64,000 bases of DNA from Geosiphon pyriformis uo1. Its lineage: Eukaryota; Fungi; Glomeromycota. Made by a program: the position numbers and the translations under genes. The stretch covers positions 26,921-90,920 of the forward strand of contig JAAOMT010000678.1 of the NCBI GenBank assembly GCA_016748015.1. Reading direction: 5' to 3'. Shown piece after piece: positions 36,561-50,600 of the stretch. A model generated the notes under the pieces. That model was not told the DNA's origin. It did not search any database and saw only the letters and a program-made list of their open reading frames with translations. Every line of letters begins with the position of its first letter. The stretch's first letter is position 1.

Positions 36561-38627
36561 TTAAATTTAATTCTTTTGAAAGATTGGAATAGACAAAATA
36601 CTGCTCTGTTTAAGTAGTTTGATTTGGCTCTTAAAATAATATGTTCTTGGAAAGTATTTCCTCTTCTTTTTCAGGCTCAAGTAATTCAGTAATCAGGTAT
36701 AGAATTCTGAGAGATGGGTTAAACATAAAATCACATTCATTGTAGTATTGGAAGTGGCAAGGAATTAAGCAGTGATCACATAGTTTGGTATTTAGATCAA
36801 CTAGCCACTGTTTTTGCTCTTCTTGGGTCGAAACCAATTCCTGATATCAATTCTGAAATGCATCAGGATCATCTGTGAAGAAATCATTTGTGGGATAGTC
36901 AGGCCTATTATATTCAGACATCTAAGGGTTGTTCTTGATTTCTTGTATCTTTTCAGGCATGGTGCCTTCGGCTTTAGCACTTGCCATTTTCCAGATTTTG
37001 TGATAATTATGTAAATAACTGTCCAGCCTATTAAGTGCTCATTTCCAAGCATTCTCGATGGAGGTTCCCTTGCATACCCAATTATTGATTAATATGGTGT
37101 ATTGACAAGTCTTGTCACATGTTTTTTCTCTGCCAGACACATTATTCCAAAGTCCTTCATTGAACAGGATCTTACCACATGCAAGACACAGCATATTGTC
37201 CCATTTGTCTTGTTTTTTTGGTCATCCAAATTTTTCTAGTACACAAGGTTTACAGTAATATTTGGTGGTGGTGGGCCATTTTTTGTTGTCTTTAATACAT
37301 GTGCCCATAGTGGATAGCTTTTTTCTACAATCAACACATATTAGTCTTGGGGATTGGTAAAATAAATTTCTTTGGTCTGAGATTATGTATCCTATTGATG
37401 ATGATTGGGGTTCTTCTTCAGCTCTCCCTTTTCTTTTTTCTTCTTAGGTTGGTGGTGGGGATAGTTTAGTTTAATAATCATCTGCCCATGAAACCTGATA
37501 AGTCTTAATAGTCAGTAATAGTAATATGTCTTTGAATTCAATAAAGAGTTCCTCAATATATTGGGTTTTAAAGTGTCTATACATAGCTAGAACTTGGGTA
37601 TGCTGTCCATTGAACATGAGTTGAAGTTTTTGGGTGTTCCAGCTGAGAATAGCATTGGCTTTTGACAACCAATTATTTCCTATTAGAGCTTAATATTAAG
37701 TAGCTTCCATAACAAGTACTTTGGTAGAGATTTGGATTTCATTAATTTCAAAGAGAAAGTTGTTAATTTCTTCTATTGGGGTTTTTGTGTTTCCATCTGC
37801 TGTAATGATCCAAATGGTAGCAGCACAGTCTATTTGGCAATCTAATTGGTCCATGAGCTGCTTTGTGATTATGCTACTGGCTGATCTGCTATCCAGAATT
37901 AATTTAATGTCTATTTCTCCGACTTTGACATCAGTGTATAGAACCATTATTGGTTTATTCTAATTGATGGCTGCTCCATTGAAAAAGCTATGGGTGTTCA
38001 AATTATTAATGTCAAAAGAAAATATGGTGGCTAGGGTGGTGTTTTTGGTAATAGTGGCTGGTAGGATATTGCTTTTTGTTTGCTTGGAAGGTTTGAAGGT
38101 TTGTTCTACATCCCTCTCTTCTACAGGTGTAGATTTATCAAAATCCTGGTCTTTCATAAGACTAAGATAGAAAGCTTAATTTGAGTATCCAGTTAGTGCT
38201 GGTCAAAATTGGGCAGGACTGCAAAGGATTGGTTGAGACAATCCACTGTTAGTTTGCATCTAATTGTTGTTGGAATTCTTTTATCCCTGATTATAGTTTA
38301 TAGCTCGAGGTTTGGGCTGGCTGGAAAGAGGAGTTTAATAGTGAGAGATTGCTTGTGCTATTGGTGGTGGTTGATAATAATTTTGGGGTGGTGGTTGAGT
38401 GTATGGGACTTGTTGTGCATACTGGGGGAGGGGTTGATTTTGAGGTATGGAATAGTGAGATACCATGTTTTACTGATATTTTGATTGCTGATATTGGTTT
38501 CTTTGGTTTTAGTTCATTATCTTCCTTCTACAGTCCCAAGCAATGTGTCCAGGTTTCTGGTAGTAGTAATAGTTACAGGAATTGGATCTCCAAGGTTGTT
38601 GTTGTTGCTGATAGTTCTGTTGCTGTA

Positions 38628-39462
38628 GAATCAGCATCTCTCTTAACAGAAAAAACAGCTATCTTACAACTTATTGGTTCAAATAACAAAGAGAAACAAC
38701 CAGCATTAGCACCCAGAGAATACTCGAATATGCAAACACCAATTTCCTTAAATGTAACCAATAACACTCCACCCATTAACCGGATTATGACTTACCAGAA
38801 TATCACTAAATTGAAGAAATTCTCTGGTAAAGAAAATAATACATATTCTTGGATTGTGGACACTAAAAAAACAATTATTGCTAACAGTTGGGATAATGAC
38901 CATACAATTCAGACACTGTTGTTTTTTCTAACCAGAACTGCCAATTCATGATACTAAAGCCTTGCAGAGAAGCCTATCTTTTTTACAGAGTTTAAACTTG
39001 TATTTCTGCAATACTTTTGTGACCCTAATACACTCATTCAATTGCAAAATCAATTCAGTATAATAAAACAAAACAACTATAAAGCAGTAACTACTTATTT
39101 TGGAAGATTCAATCAAGTTTTTCAACAAATTCTAGCCATCGAGCAGAATTATTATACCACCATGCAAGTCCTAAATCAATTTATTAAGGAATTAAGGAGC
39201 AGCTTTCTAAAATCCATACAACCTCACCATCTGACAAATTTACAAGAAGCAGTTACTCTCATTCATGATTTTGAGTCTGCAGAATAAGAAGCAAACCATA
39301 CTCAAGCTGTTAACTTAGCCATCAATAGAATCTCTAAAATCAATGCAAAAATAACCCAATCAAGTAAAAAATTAACTCAGAAGATTGAGGGATTCCTAAT
39401 TGGAACTGCAGAAACTTACCAACCACCACAATGGAAAGAAAATAACAACAACAACAAATACC
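38628..39462 (+). other. Inverted gag (capsid) segment inside - strand element D
   Basis: Capsid motifs (LKKFSGKENNTYSW, QVLNQFIKELRS) read on +; re-inverting gives in-frame junctions NPA|ESAS and KY|LQQQ. Confidence 0.88.
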
Positions 39463-41150
39463 TGCTGGGTTTTGTGCTGATAGTTGTTCTCAAGTTGACA
39501 TGTTTTTTTCTGTTTGACTGGCTGTTGGGGTAAGATTTCCAAACAGTGATCTGTATTCTCCTAGTGATTTGGTCCAGCTGTAATGACCCTAAGGATGTGG
39601 ATTTCCAGGTATTTGTGGTGTTTCCAACTGGGTTTCCAGGAGTGGATTGAATACAATTCTACTTTGAGGTGTCTGATGATATAATAGAGTTGTTGGAAAG
39701 AGAAATCTTGGTTTCTTGTTGATTGTGGATTTGTTTTGGGCAGTTGTAGAATTATTGGATCCATACTCATATTCTTCTGGATCGGATTTTACTGGTTGTT
39801 GTACTTGAAGAAATTGTTTTGTTATATAGTATTTAATGTTTGTATCAACTATGCATAGAGTTTTAGTGATTGCTTAAGTAATGGTAGTTGTTGAGTACTC
39901 TAATAAGCTTTGATGAATTTGTTTTTCAAGTCTTCCTATATCAGTTGCATAGCCTAACAAGCAGTTGATTTTTGCATTGATATAGTTGCAAAAATTACTT
40001 TTTGTGATAGTGATTTCTGCTGGTATTTATAGATCTTTTCAAAAGTGTTAAAATAGTGCTCTTCCATATAAGGAGTAATCTTTTCTTATTATTCCAATAG
40101 TCATCACTTTTGTGTATCTCTGGGGTGCTCTGTCTCTGTGGATTTATAACCTCACAGAGAGCACCAAATGTTACAAATAAACTGGGTAGGGTATGGTGGT
40201 AATGTTTGGTGCTCTATATTTTTGTTTTTCAAGGTCATTTGCTTTTTCCACAATGTCAGTGTTATCAGTCTCTGAAGATCTATTCCTGGATGTGAATTTA
40301 CTTGTTGAGTTCTTCAGTTATAAGACACAGAGTTTGTCTTTTATTGATTGCAATGTTTTCTGTAAATATGAGCTTTTTTCTTCACACTAATGAGTACAGT
40401 CATTAGGATCCAGCATTGTTTTTTTGCCCTTCTGGTAAGCTACCAAAATAACATTAATATCCAAAACTTAAGGGAAGCTTCTTTCTTTTACCAGGCTATT
40501 ACAAAGTCTATTCCAAGACAATCAATTTTTCTATGTTGCCACTCTAAACAAAAGAAAAAAGAAAAAAAAAAGAAAAAAAAAGAATTAATTTCCATCAATT
40601 GCTGTGATCAAGAGCAATTGGTCCAAATTATTAAAGATTCGAGGCATTTATGTTAATGGCATCTGTCCCAAAACAAAGATAAAAAATACTGATTTTAATT
40701 TTAATTAAAATCCATAAGATTGAAGAACATAAATTAGTAGATTGAATTTTGTTTTGATAATTATTGTATTTTAGACTATGAATATATAATAAGTATAATA
40801 CAAAGTAAAATTAATCACTAATTACCTGACTAACTAACTGACTTTTCAACTTCTACAACTACTTGTTTTTATACATTCTTTTGGTTTTACAAGATTGCTT
40901 TCAATTGCTTTACTATTGCTAGCTATTACTTGTTATTGTTAGCTATTGGTCATTATTATTAGCTATTGCTTATTATTGTTAGCTATTGCTCATTATTGCT
41001 AGCTATTGCTTGTGTTTGATAGCTATTGCTTATTATTGCTAACTATTGTTTGCATTTGTCCTGTGTTATCTTGAGTTGTACTATGTTTTTTTTGTCACAT
41101 TTCTTTGTCACATTTTTCCATAGCTTTTTGGTTTTTCTACTTAAGTAACA

Positions 41151-44100
41151 ATGCTTTTAACTTTTTGATAAGCCAATGGGCATTTTTGAACATTAATAAG
41201 ACTTTATCTATATAAGCTCTATTAGATTCTGATGTGAATTTTGATCATGTATATTTAGCTCTTTTTAGTATAAGAAAATTATATTGTGCTTCCAAGTTTG
41301 CTAAGTCTTTGTAAGCTAAAAAGTCATATATTAGATTAGCTATTAATAGGAAAATGGATAGTTTTGCAATTAACAAGGATCACACAATTAGAAGTATGCT
41401 GGAACATTCTTTTCAGAAAGTAAATTATTTGGTTGTTGATAATGAGCTGGTTCTGAAATCTGAACTGGTTAAGACCAAAGTAGATGTGATTATGAAGGAC
41501 TGAACTAGAAAGTGTAAAGTAGTAGCAGACTTTTTTGATAATTGGTTCTGTTAATATCAGTTTTTGGAGTACATTTTTAATGATGCTTTTTCTAATATGA
41601 TGTGTTTGGTTAGTTTTGATGAGTTGTTTAATGTGGTGTCTAATCTGCCTGATGGTAAAGTAACTGGTTTTTCTGGAGTCTCAAATAAGCTCTGAAAGCA
41701 TTGCAACAAGTCAGTCTTGGATATGCTTTTGGTGCTTTTAAATTTTTGTTTGTTTTGTGAATTGGTGTCTGGTGCTTAAAAGGAAGTTTGGATCTTAATA
41801 ATTCTCAAGCCATATAAGTGGAAGAGAGTTTTTACAAATATCCAACCTATTGTTTTGATTGAAACTATCTGCAAAATTTTTTCTAAGATTCTTTCAAACT
41901 GGATATCTTTAGTATACAATGCTTTTAATATTTTATAAGAAGATAATTTCTCAGTTTTAAAGAGTATAACAACACAATCTCTTATTTTTGTCATTGGTTC
42001 AGTTATTAAAAATGCTTTGGAAAAGAACTGTGAACTCTGGTTGGTTTTATAAAACATGCAAAAAGCCTACAATTCTGTTGGATGAGAACATCTTAAGAAA
42101 AGCTTAGTTAGAATAAAAATGTGTAACAAGTTCATTAGATTTTTTGGTAATATTCACAATGATTATGTTAACAGAGTTATAACTAATTTTGGGTTGACAG
42201 ATAGATATTAAGTACATAATAGTTTGGATTAAGGGGAGGTGTTTTCACCTTTTTTCTGGTACATATTTTATGATCTTCTTTTGTGTGAAGTCAAAAGACA
42301 AAAGAGTATGTGTGACTACAGGTTGGACTTTTTTTTTATTGCTAAAACTGGTCACATGAAATCTTGGACTGGATTGACATCTTTTCTCACTGCTGGTACT
42401 TTTGTTGATAATACTATTTGGGTTGATAGCAATTTGACTACTATACAATATATTCTTAATGTTGTTAGTGAATTTTTTTAGATTAATGACATCTCTATAA
42501 ACAATAACAAAACTGTGGTCATTTTTATTAATTGCAAAGTCAGAAGCTCTTTTTTATTAATTAGCAGTTTGTCTATCTCTATTGTCAAAAGAGGAAAATT
42601 TTATTGTTATTTGGGTATTTTTCTGTCTATTAAAGAATTGTTCAAGTCTAGCTTGGCCTAGGTGCACTTAGATGTTCAGTTTTTTTCCAATCTTGTTCTG
42701 AGAAAGACTATTTTGGATAAGCAGTTTTCTTATTTGGTGTTGGCAGTTTTTTATTCTATTGTTGATTACCAAACACAATTTAGCTTTGTGCCTATTAGTG
42801 TATGCAATAAGTAGAATGCTTTAATTTACAAGAGCCTAAAATTGAAAACCAGTTTGCCTTTCAATTTCTCTAGTAATACACTCTATCATCTTTTTTTGTA
42901 TAGTTTTAAGACTTTTGAGCAAATTTAAGCTGAAAGCAAGTTGGTTTTTGTTGTGTGTTTTGCAAACTCTGGTGGAATATTGGGCTGTTTGTTTTCATAC
43001 AGGTCTCATAATTTACAAGCTCTGTGTTAGTATCCAGTATATTCTTTGAACTCCCCAATTTGCATTAGGATCAGTCCATTTAATAACTTCTTGGTAAATG
43101 TGGTTCGTGTTTTTTATAAGTACAATTTGTCCTTGAGTGGTTTAATGAGCAATGCTTTCTATTTTTGGAGTGGTATTCTTATGTTGGAAGTGCTTAGTAA
43201 GTTTGATTTCTTTAGGTTTCTCCCTTCACTTTGACAAAATAGAATTGCTTTTGTAGAGCAGCTTTGCAGTTGTAATGGTGCTATTTTTAATTAGAAAATC
43301 TTTAAACATTGGAAGAAATTAGACCTCATAGCTCTGTTTCCAATTGGTTTAAGCATTCTATTAAATTTCTGAGTGATAGGGCTTCTTCTCTTATTTGTTC
43401 CTCTTTTTTAAATACTCTTGAATCTTTGAATGTTTTGAAGTCTTGTGATTTCAGATTTGTTTATGATCTTTTGTTGAATGTTATAACAAACAATTTTTCT
43501 GTTTATATGAATGAATTTTTGAAGGACTTGGAGAGCATTAACATAAAACTGGTGTTGTAGTTTTTTTTGAAGATGTTGGCTTGAGTTTGGAAATTAGAGT
43601 CTCTGGTCTGATGTTGTCTACTTTAGTAGAATTACAGGCCATTGCTTTGGTTTTTGAGTGTGTTCTCTTTCTGAACTCAGTTTGCTTTTTTACAAACAGT
43701 CAGGCTGCTTTGGATGCATATAAGTCGGAATTGGATCTGGTGTATCCAGATTTTCAGAATCAGTGTTGAATTGAGTGTTAACATATTGTGAATGTTATTA
43801 GAAAGAAGAATTTGAATGTTAATTGGCACAAAGTGAAGAATTATTTGAAAGTTTAAGATAATAAACATGCTAACACACTTGCCAATACTGCTTCTCTTTC
43901 TTATTAATATCTTCTTTTCTGCTTGGATGAATGTTTCATTGTGGCTGAAAGTAGTGTCATCTTTGATAATTCTAGATATTTTGTTTGTGGGGTCTTTTAA
44001 GCTGTTTATTGTGTATGATGGAAAGTTGGTTTTGGTTCTAGAGTTTTGAATGATAATTTGTTTTTGAACATCAATTGGCTTAATTTATTTTTGGTGTGGC

Positions 44101-44920
44101 ATTCTAACTTGTATATGGCTGCTGGTTTTATGAGTAAGTTTACTGTTGGTGCCCACATATATTTTATGAAGGCTTTGCATCATCAGCTACCTATTGCTGT
44201 TCAGAAGTGCCTGTATAACAAGTGTTACTCCAGTGTGTTGTGTTTATATTGTGGTAATGTTGAAGTTTTGGACCATGCTTTTTCTTGTTCAGTTGATGAT
44301 TCTGTTTGCCATCAATTGTTAGATGCCCATGCAGCTGCTTGGAGTGTGCTTTCTGGTCTTTTTCTTCCTTTTTCATGTGTGTCTTAATTGTTGTCCACCT
44401 GTGTAACAAATATAGCAGTATACATGGTTCTTTGTAAGAAATTTGTCTTTAAAAATTGGCTTTAAAAAACTGCATCTGTTTTTGGAGATTCCAAGATTGT
44501 GGTATAGAAGGTTGTAAACTTTGTGTATAACTTCTGTTTTGCTTTTAGAGATGAGATTTGGTTGGTCTATGCTAAACATTGTGTTTTCATGAAAAAAAAT
44601 GGACTAATACCAGTTGATGGTTTTGTTCTAGTTTTGGTTTCTGGGCTTTTATCAATATTTTTTGCTGGTGTGATTAAATTACTAGATATTGCTAAAGTAT
44701 TTGGTGTTGGTTTTGGTTTTTGTAGTCCTCATTTATTTTTTTCAGGTATTGAAAACCCAGTCTCAGTTTATATAAATGTTTAATATTGTCTTAATTGACT
44801 TGAGTGGCTGGTCATGTATAGAAAATGCATAATTCACATCTAATTTAGATTAATTATATAATGTATGGTATTAAGCAGTATTTGGATCTTATTTGTTAAA
44901 ATAAAAAATAAAAAAAAATA
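41151..44920 (+). mobile_element. LINE ORF2 remainder (RT, RNase H, CCHC finger), 3' UTR and A-rich tail
   Basis: AGTFVDNTIW (RT), STLVELQAIALV..FTNSQAA (RNase H), CLYCGNVEVLDHAFSC, A tail ~44897-44920. Confidence 0.9.
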
Positions 44921-47135
44921 TTATTGTTTAAATTTTTGTTAATAAATTGGATTAATTATTTTTTGTAATAAATAAATTTTTTTTGGAATATATTTACATA
45001 TTTCTAAATAAATTTTTACTTATATATTTATAAAATTATAAAATTTATAATAACTAATATGTTTTTTAAGTTTTTTATAAAAGTTTTTTTTTATAGTTTT
45101 TTAAGTTAATTAATTTTTTTAAACTGTATTTAATTTTCTTATTAACATAAAAATTAAATACAGATTTTATTAAAAAATAGTTAATAGTTAAACTTAAATT
45201 TTTCGAAAAATATTTATAAAAAAAAAATATATATAGGAAAAACTTTTTGTTTTCTTGATTTTATGACCATGACCAAAGCAAAAAGTAAAAAAGCTGTACT
45301 CAATATCTTTCTTGAGATATCTAATAAAATTTCAACCAGAGGAGCTCTTTTTGTTGTAAAAGCAACTAAACAAAATATTTTAGAATCCATTTCTTTACCC
45401 AATAATTGTAAAAAGCTGCTTTTAATAGCTGCTAAAGCAACTTTCTCATTTTTGGCTGGTTTTTTACCAGTCAAAGTTCTCTTAAAGAGATACATTTGGG
45501 TTAATCTTAGTGTTGCTTCTATTTTTACTAAGAGCCCAAAAGTTTTTAACAACAAACTAGTTAACAAGCTGGTTTTTTTTTCTATTACTTTAACATTTGG
45601 TGCTGCTAGCATTACATCTTCAAAGAAAATGATCAAAAAGACCAAAAGTTCAGAAAAGTGGGGGCAGTTACTTGCCTCTGCTATTATTACACCAAACTCC
45701 TTTGTGATTCCCAATGAGAACTTAAATAAAATTTCTGTTGTATTATTTAGCACATTGTTCAAAATGGGCCAAAATCAATCATTAGCTGTGTTGTTTAATG
45801 TGATGTCTTTTAGTAGATCCTCACTAGTTTTAAAAGCAAAACAATCTTCTTTTGTTAAGTTAACCATTATTAAGAACTGGACTGATCATATAGAAACTGA
45901 TTTATCCATTCTTTTGGTTTCTGGTGCTGTTATTAATGATACTTAGAAAACTATTATTAGTTATCAAAGGTTTGCTGGATGGGTGGCCTCCATTTTGATG
46001 TCTGAAACTATTTTCAAGATCAAACTGGCTTATATTAAGGCTGTTTTTCAGTCTGTAAATGGTTTTTTGGATGCAAAGTCAGTATCAAAAGACAATATGA
46101 AGCTTTTTTATATGGAGTTTGCTTCTCAAGTGTCTTTAAAAGCTGTATTTCTGGTTGAGTTTACAAGCTTTATTTATTTAGTTACTGTTACTGGAGGTAT
46201 TTGGTCTCTTTTCTTAAATATTGTTGATGCCTGTTTGCTGTGAATTCACGTTTTCTGGATGTGGTTGAACCTCCAGTAACTGAATTTATTTTCAAATTAT
46301 CTTCTATAATTTGAACTGCTGTGCTTATAAGTGGAATGGCCAATTCTATGCCAGTTACTTGTGTAGTTACATTGTAGTAAACGTCAACTCTTTTCCAGGA
46401 AATGCTTGTCTGGAAGCTCACTAAAATGTGTAGTTACTTTACTGTGAAAATCAATTCTTCTACAGGGATTCCTGTCTGTAGACTACCCAAATGATTTATA
46501 ATAAGAAAAAAAAGAAAATAAAAGAAATGTAAAAAGAAAAGTAAAAACTGATTTATGGAAGTTGTTTCGGATCCAGGCCTGGAAGTGCTTTAACAGTTTA
46601 CTGAAATTAGTAGCTAGTCAATTTCAAACTATTAGTAGGAATTGGTTAATTTCAAGGGAAATAATTAAGAATTTTGGCTTTTCAAATTATTTGATATTTA
46701 TTTTGTTTTTGTGTGTAAAGAATGATTCTAATTGTTAAATCTCAAGTAAGATACATTTTCTCAAAGAAAGAAACTCTTTTTTTATATAACTTGTCATAAC
46801 ACTATTCTATAAACTTGAACTTTGCTATTTTCTACAATTTTACTGAACTAAAGATACATTTCGGTAAACTACAAGTTATTTCTGCGAACTATTAGATATT
46901 TCGGTGAACTATCAATTATTTCAGCAAATTTCTACAAATTTTGGCGAACTTTTTGAATGTTACATTGTTTGAGATATTGCATGATTGATCATCGCAATTA
47001 GATTATGTTTATGTTATATATAAATTGGGTTATTAATTAAATGATAATTTTGGACATTTTGCTAATGTAATAAATAATAATTTGAAACAATAATATATGT
47101 TAATTAATGATAGAAATTATAAAGATAATTTCATG

Positions 47136-47621
47136 CTAAATAATATCTCTAATTTCGTCTGGTAACATAACTTCCTCCTCAAAACTAAGCTTCGTCGAAG
47201 TCCAAGTACTGTCTGTAATTTCCAGACAATAATCCAAAATTATTGAAGAAATTTGGTCTGAAAATTGTTGAAATTTCAGTTCTGTGAACTTTTCAATGTA
47301 TTGAATCTTTAAAAGTTGTAAAATTGGGTTTTGTAGGACGTTTTCACAGGTGTAAAATAGATCATAAAGTCTAAGAGCAGCTTTTAGTTTATAGTGACTG
47401 TTTGTAAATCCAGCTGTTGTTTTGAATTCGTTGTAAAGTTGTTTCTGAATAGCTTCTTTTGTGAGGTTTGCTGCTGTAAGCTCCCGTTTTTGTTCGTGAA
47501 GTGTTTTTTCAATGTAGAAATATCTATATATTGGAGTATAGTTGTGGTTTTCTTTATTAAGACACAGTTGAAGTTTTTGTTGAATAGTAGCATTTGGTGG
47601 AATACTAATAGGAATGAACAT
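47136..47621 (-). CDS. Accessory ORF3 of element E (161 aa open frame)
   Basis: YRYFYIEK...LKAALRLYDLF...IQYIEKFTELKFQQF; same position and pattern as the other ORF3 copies. Confidence 0.72.
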   Translation of the reverse strand: MFIPISIPPNATIQQKLQLCLNKENHNYTPIYRYFYIEKTLHEQKRELTAANLTKEAIQKQLYNEFKTTAGFTNSHYKLKAALRLYDLFYTCENVLQNPILQLLKIQYIEKFTELKFQQFSDQISSIILDYCLEITDSTWTSTKLSFEEEVMLPDEIRDII

Positions 47622-50600
47622 TAAATTTTTTCTTAAAGCAAGCTTTAAAAGTTCTTGTAGATAAATTCCAGAATAACTTCTTGTGTTCTTTTTGTAGGGG
47701 TGATAATTTCATGAATTTGGGGCTAAATTGGTAACTATTTCTGTTTGGGTATAATTAATATGTTTTTCTGTAATAGTAATAGATAATTCGGGTATTGTTT
47801 TTAAAGCTAGCATTAATTTTTGAGATATTTGTTGAATATTTTGAGGGATAGTTATTATAAAAATTTGAGTGAGAAAAAAAATAGATTGAAATTATTTTTG
47901 TCTTTCAGTGTGTTTTGTTTTGTTTTTGTGAAATTATTTTTAATTTATAAGGGATAACTATAATAAATTTAAATTAAGTGTTCAAGTTGGGAGGTTGTTT
48001 AATAACAACTATTGGTTTCAAATTTTGGAGAATGTCTTCAGGATTAATTAAAAGAGAATGTGTACCAATTTGTGGAATTAATAGTTCAGGATATGTTCTG
48101 GAGTGATAATGTTTCAATCGATTTCCATGTGCAACTTTTGCTAATATTTTCCTATCAAGTTTTAACTTGTATGATCCATTTTCTAAGATTTTGTGAACAA
48201 AGAATGGTCCATTCCATTTATGTTCAAATTTTCTATTCCACTGTTTTTCAGCTTTAGTTCTATGTAAGAGAACTTTATTTTCAACTTTAAATTTGTTGGT
48301 AACTAGTGGCAGCTTGTTGTTATGCCTCTCTTTTTGTTGAGTTTGTGAGTATTCTATGTGGGTTGCTGCTATTCGTCATTTTCCTTCTAGTGTGTTAAGA
48401 AGTGTATAAGCTCTTCTTTATAATGTCTCTTGGAAGTTGTTTTCAGTAATTGGTTGGACTGGATATGTTTTCACTGTGAAGCTAATGAGTAACATTGCTG
48501 TTCTTCCATAAGTGAGTTCAAATGGTATGTGTTTTGTTGTATCTTGTTTTAGTGTTCTATATGCTAGAAACACTGATGGAATAAAAATATCTCATTTCTG
48601 CTCAAAATCTGTTGAGACTTTGGCTAGCAATTCACACAATGTTCTGTTGAAACATTCCACTAATCTATTTGTTTGTGGATGGTAGGACAAAGATAAAGAT
48701 CTTTTGACATTAAATCATTCACAAATTTTTTGTATCAGGTTGTTCACAAAATGTGTTTCCTGATCGGATAAAAGTTCAATTGAGCATCTATGTCTACAAA
48801 TAATGTCTTCGTAAATAAAATTTACTACTGATTTTGCATCTGCTCGTTGAATAGCTCTGGCTTCGGACCATTTAGTAAGATAATCTATTGTTACTGCTAT
48901 GTATCAGTTTTCTTGCATGGTGATAGGTAGTAATTCAACTAAATTGATACCAACTTGGTCAAAAGGTTGTTCAACTTTGATTGGATTTAAAAGTTCAATA
49001 GGGCGTGTTTCTCCTCTTTTTTGACAACTATCACAAGATTCAACATATTAATGTATGTTTCTTCTTATTTGGAGCCAAAAATAGTATTCTAGTGTTTTTT
49101 GGGTGGTGCTGTTTTTTTTGAAGTGTGCTGATAAAGGATCTGAGTGCATGTTGTATAATATAGTCTCTTTTTCATGTTCTTGTATTAATCTGAATGGTTT
49201 GTCTGGGTTTTTGAAATTTCAATGATAAATAATGTTGTTGTGTAAGAAATATTGTCTGGCTTGTTGTTGTAATTGATGGTTTTTATCTGAAGACCAATCT
49301 GTTGAGATTGTTAATATCTTCAAATATTGTTTGAGGTTGTTGTAGTCTTTTGAATTTATTGTTTGTTGGTTGTTAGGTTTGAGTGTTGATTTGTGTTTTC
49401 TAATTTTGTCTCATTCTGGTAAGACAGTTAACATTAGTGTGGAGTTTTCCTGGTTTGTGATGTACTATGTATTGGTAGTTTGCTAGAAATCCTGTCCATT
49501 GAGTTTGTTTTGCGTTCAGCTGAATATTTTTGTTCTGAAACCATTTGAGTCTAATATTATCAGTGATAATATCAAATTCTTTTGGCCAGAGATAAAGGTT
49601 GAAATGATGTAGGACCCAAATTACAGTTGCTGTTTCTAATTCAGTGGCAGGATAATTTTTTTTGGCTGGTTTTAATGTTCTACTGACATAAGCAATTACT
49701 CACTCATTTCCATTGTCATTTAATTGTGACAAGATGGCACCGAAGACAGTATATGAAGCATCTGTTGCTAATCAAAATTGGCTACTGAAGTCTGGGTAGA
49801 CGAGAATTGGAGCTGTTGTCAGCTTTTTCTTGAGAATTTCAAAAGCTTTTTGGTGTTCAGTAGTCCATTTGTATTTGACATTTTTGGTGGTGAGTTGGTT
49901 AAAAGGTTTTGCAATTTCTGAAAATTCTTTGATAAACTTCCGATAGTAGGATGCTAATCCGATGAATCTTCTTAGTTCTGTGGTGTTTTGGGGAGTTTTG
50001 AAATTTTTAATGGTGCTAATTTTTCAAGGGTCCAGTTTGATTTCGTCTTTGCTAATGATATGACCAAGAAAGGCCAAACTCATTTTTCCAAAGTAGCATT
50101 TTTTGATGTTCAGTTTCAATCCTGCTTTCTGTAATCATTGAAAAACTTCTCATAGGTGTTTTAAGTATAATTCAAAAGATGGTAAATAAACATTAGTATC
50201 GTCAAGATAGACAACTACTGATTTCCAAAGGAGACTTTTGTAAACAACATCCATGAGTCTTTGGAATGTTGCTGGTGTGTTGCATAGTCCAAAGAGCATT
50301 ACATTGAACTCATAATTTCTTTCTTGGGTGGTGAATGCTATTTTGGGATGATCTTTGGGATCCATAGCAACTTGCCAGTAACCACTTTCTAAATCTAGTG
50401 TTGAAAAGTATTTGGATTTTCCAAGGGCATCTAACATGTCATCGATTCAGAGAAGAAGGTAGGCATCTCCAATTGTGACATTGTTCAGTTGTCAATAATT
50501 AATACAAAATCGGATTTTTCCATTTTTTTTTTTAACAAGTACTACTGGTGAAGCCCATGGGTTCATTGATAGTTGGATGAGCCCATTGTTGAGCATTCTT

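Larger units (their letters stand above)
30252..41150 (-). mobile_element. dUTPase-bearing Gypsy element D, inserted in a LINE
   Basis: LTRs 30252-31210 and 40169-41150, PBS 40151-40166 (TGGTGCTCTCTGTGAG), PPT 31211-31226, order gag-PR-Cys-dUTPase-RT-RH-IN-ORF3. Confidence 0.92.

Noticed and set aside
40158-40215. Tf1-type self-priming
   Set aside because: The complementary arm is at the U5 end, roughly 650 nt from the TATA-like motif rather than at the transcript 5' end, and the PBS looks tRNA-like.
30248-41154. TSD for element D
   Set aside because: The flanks GTAT/ATGC differ at 3 of 4 positions; the insertion is supported by LINE continuity instead.
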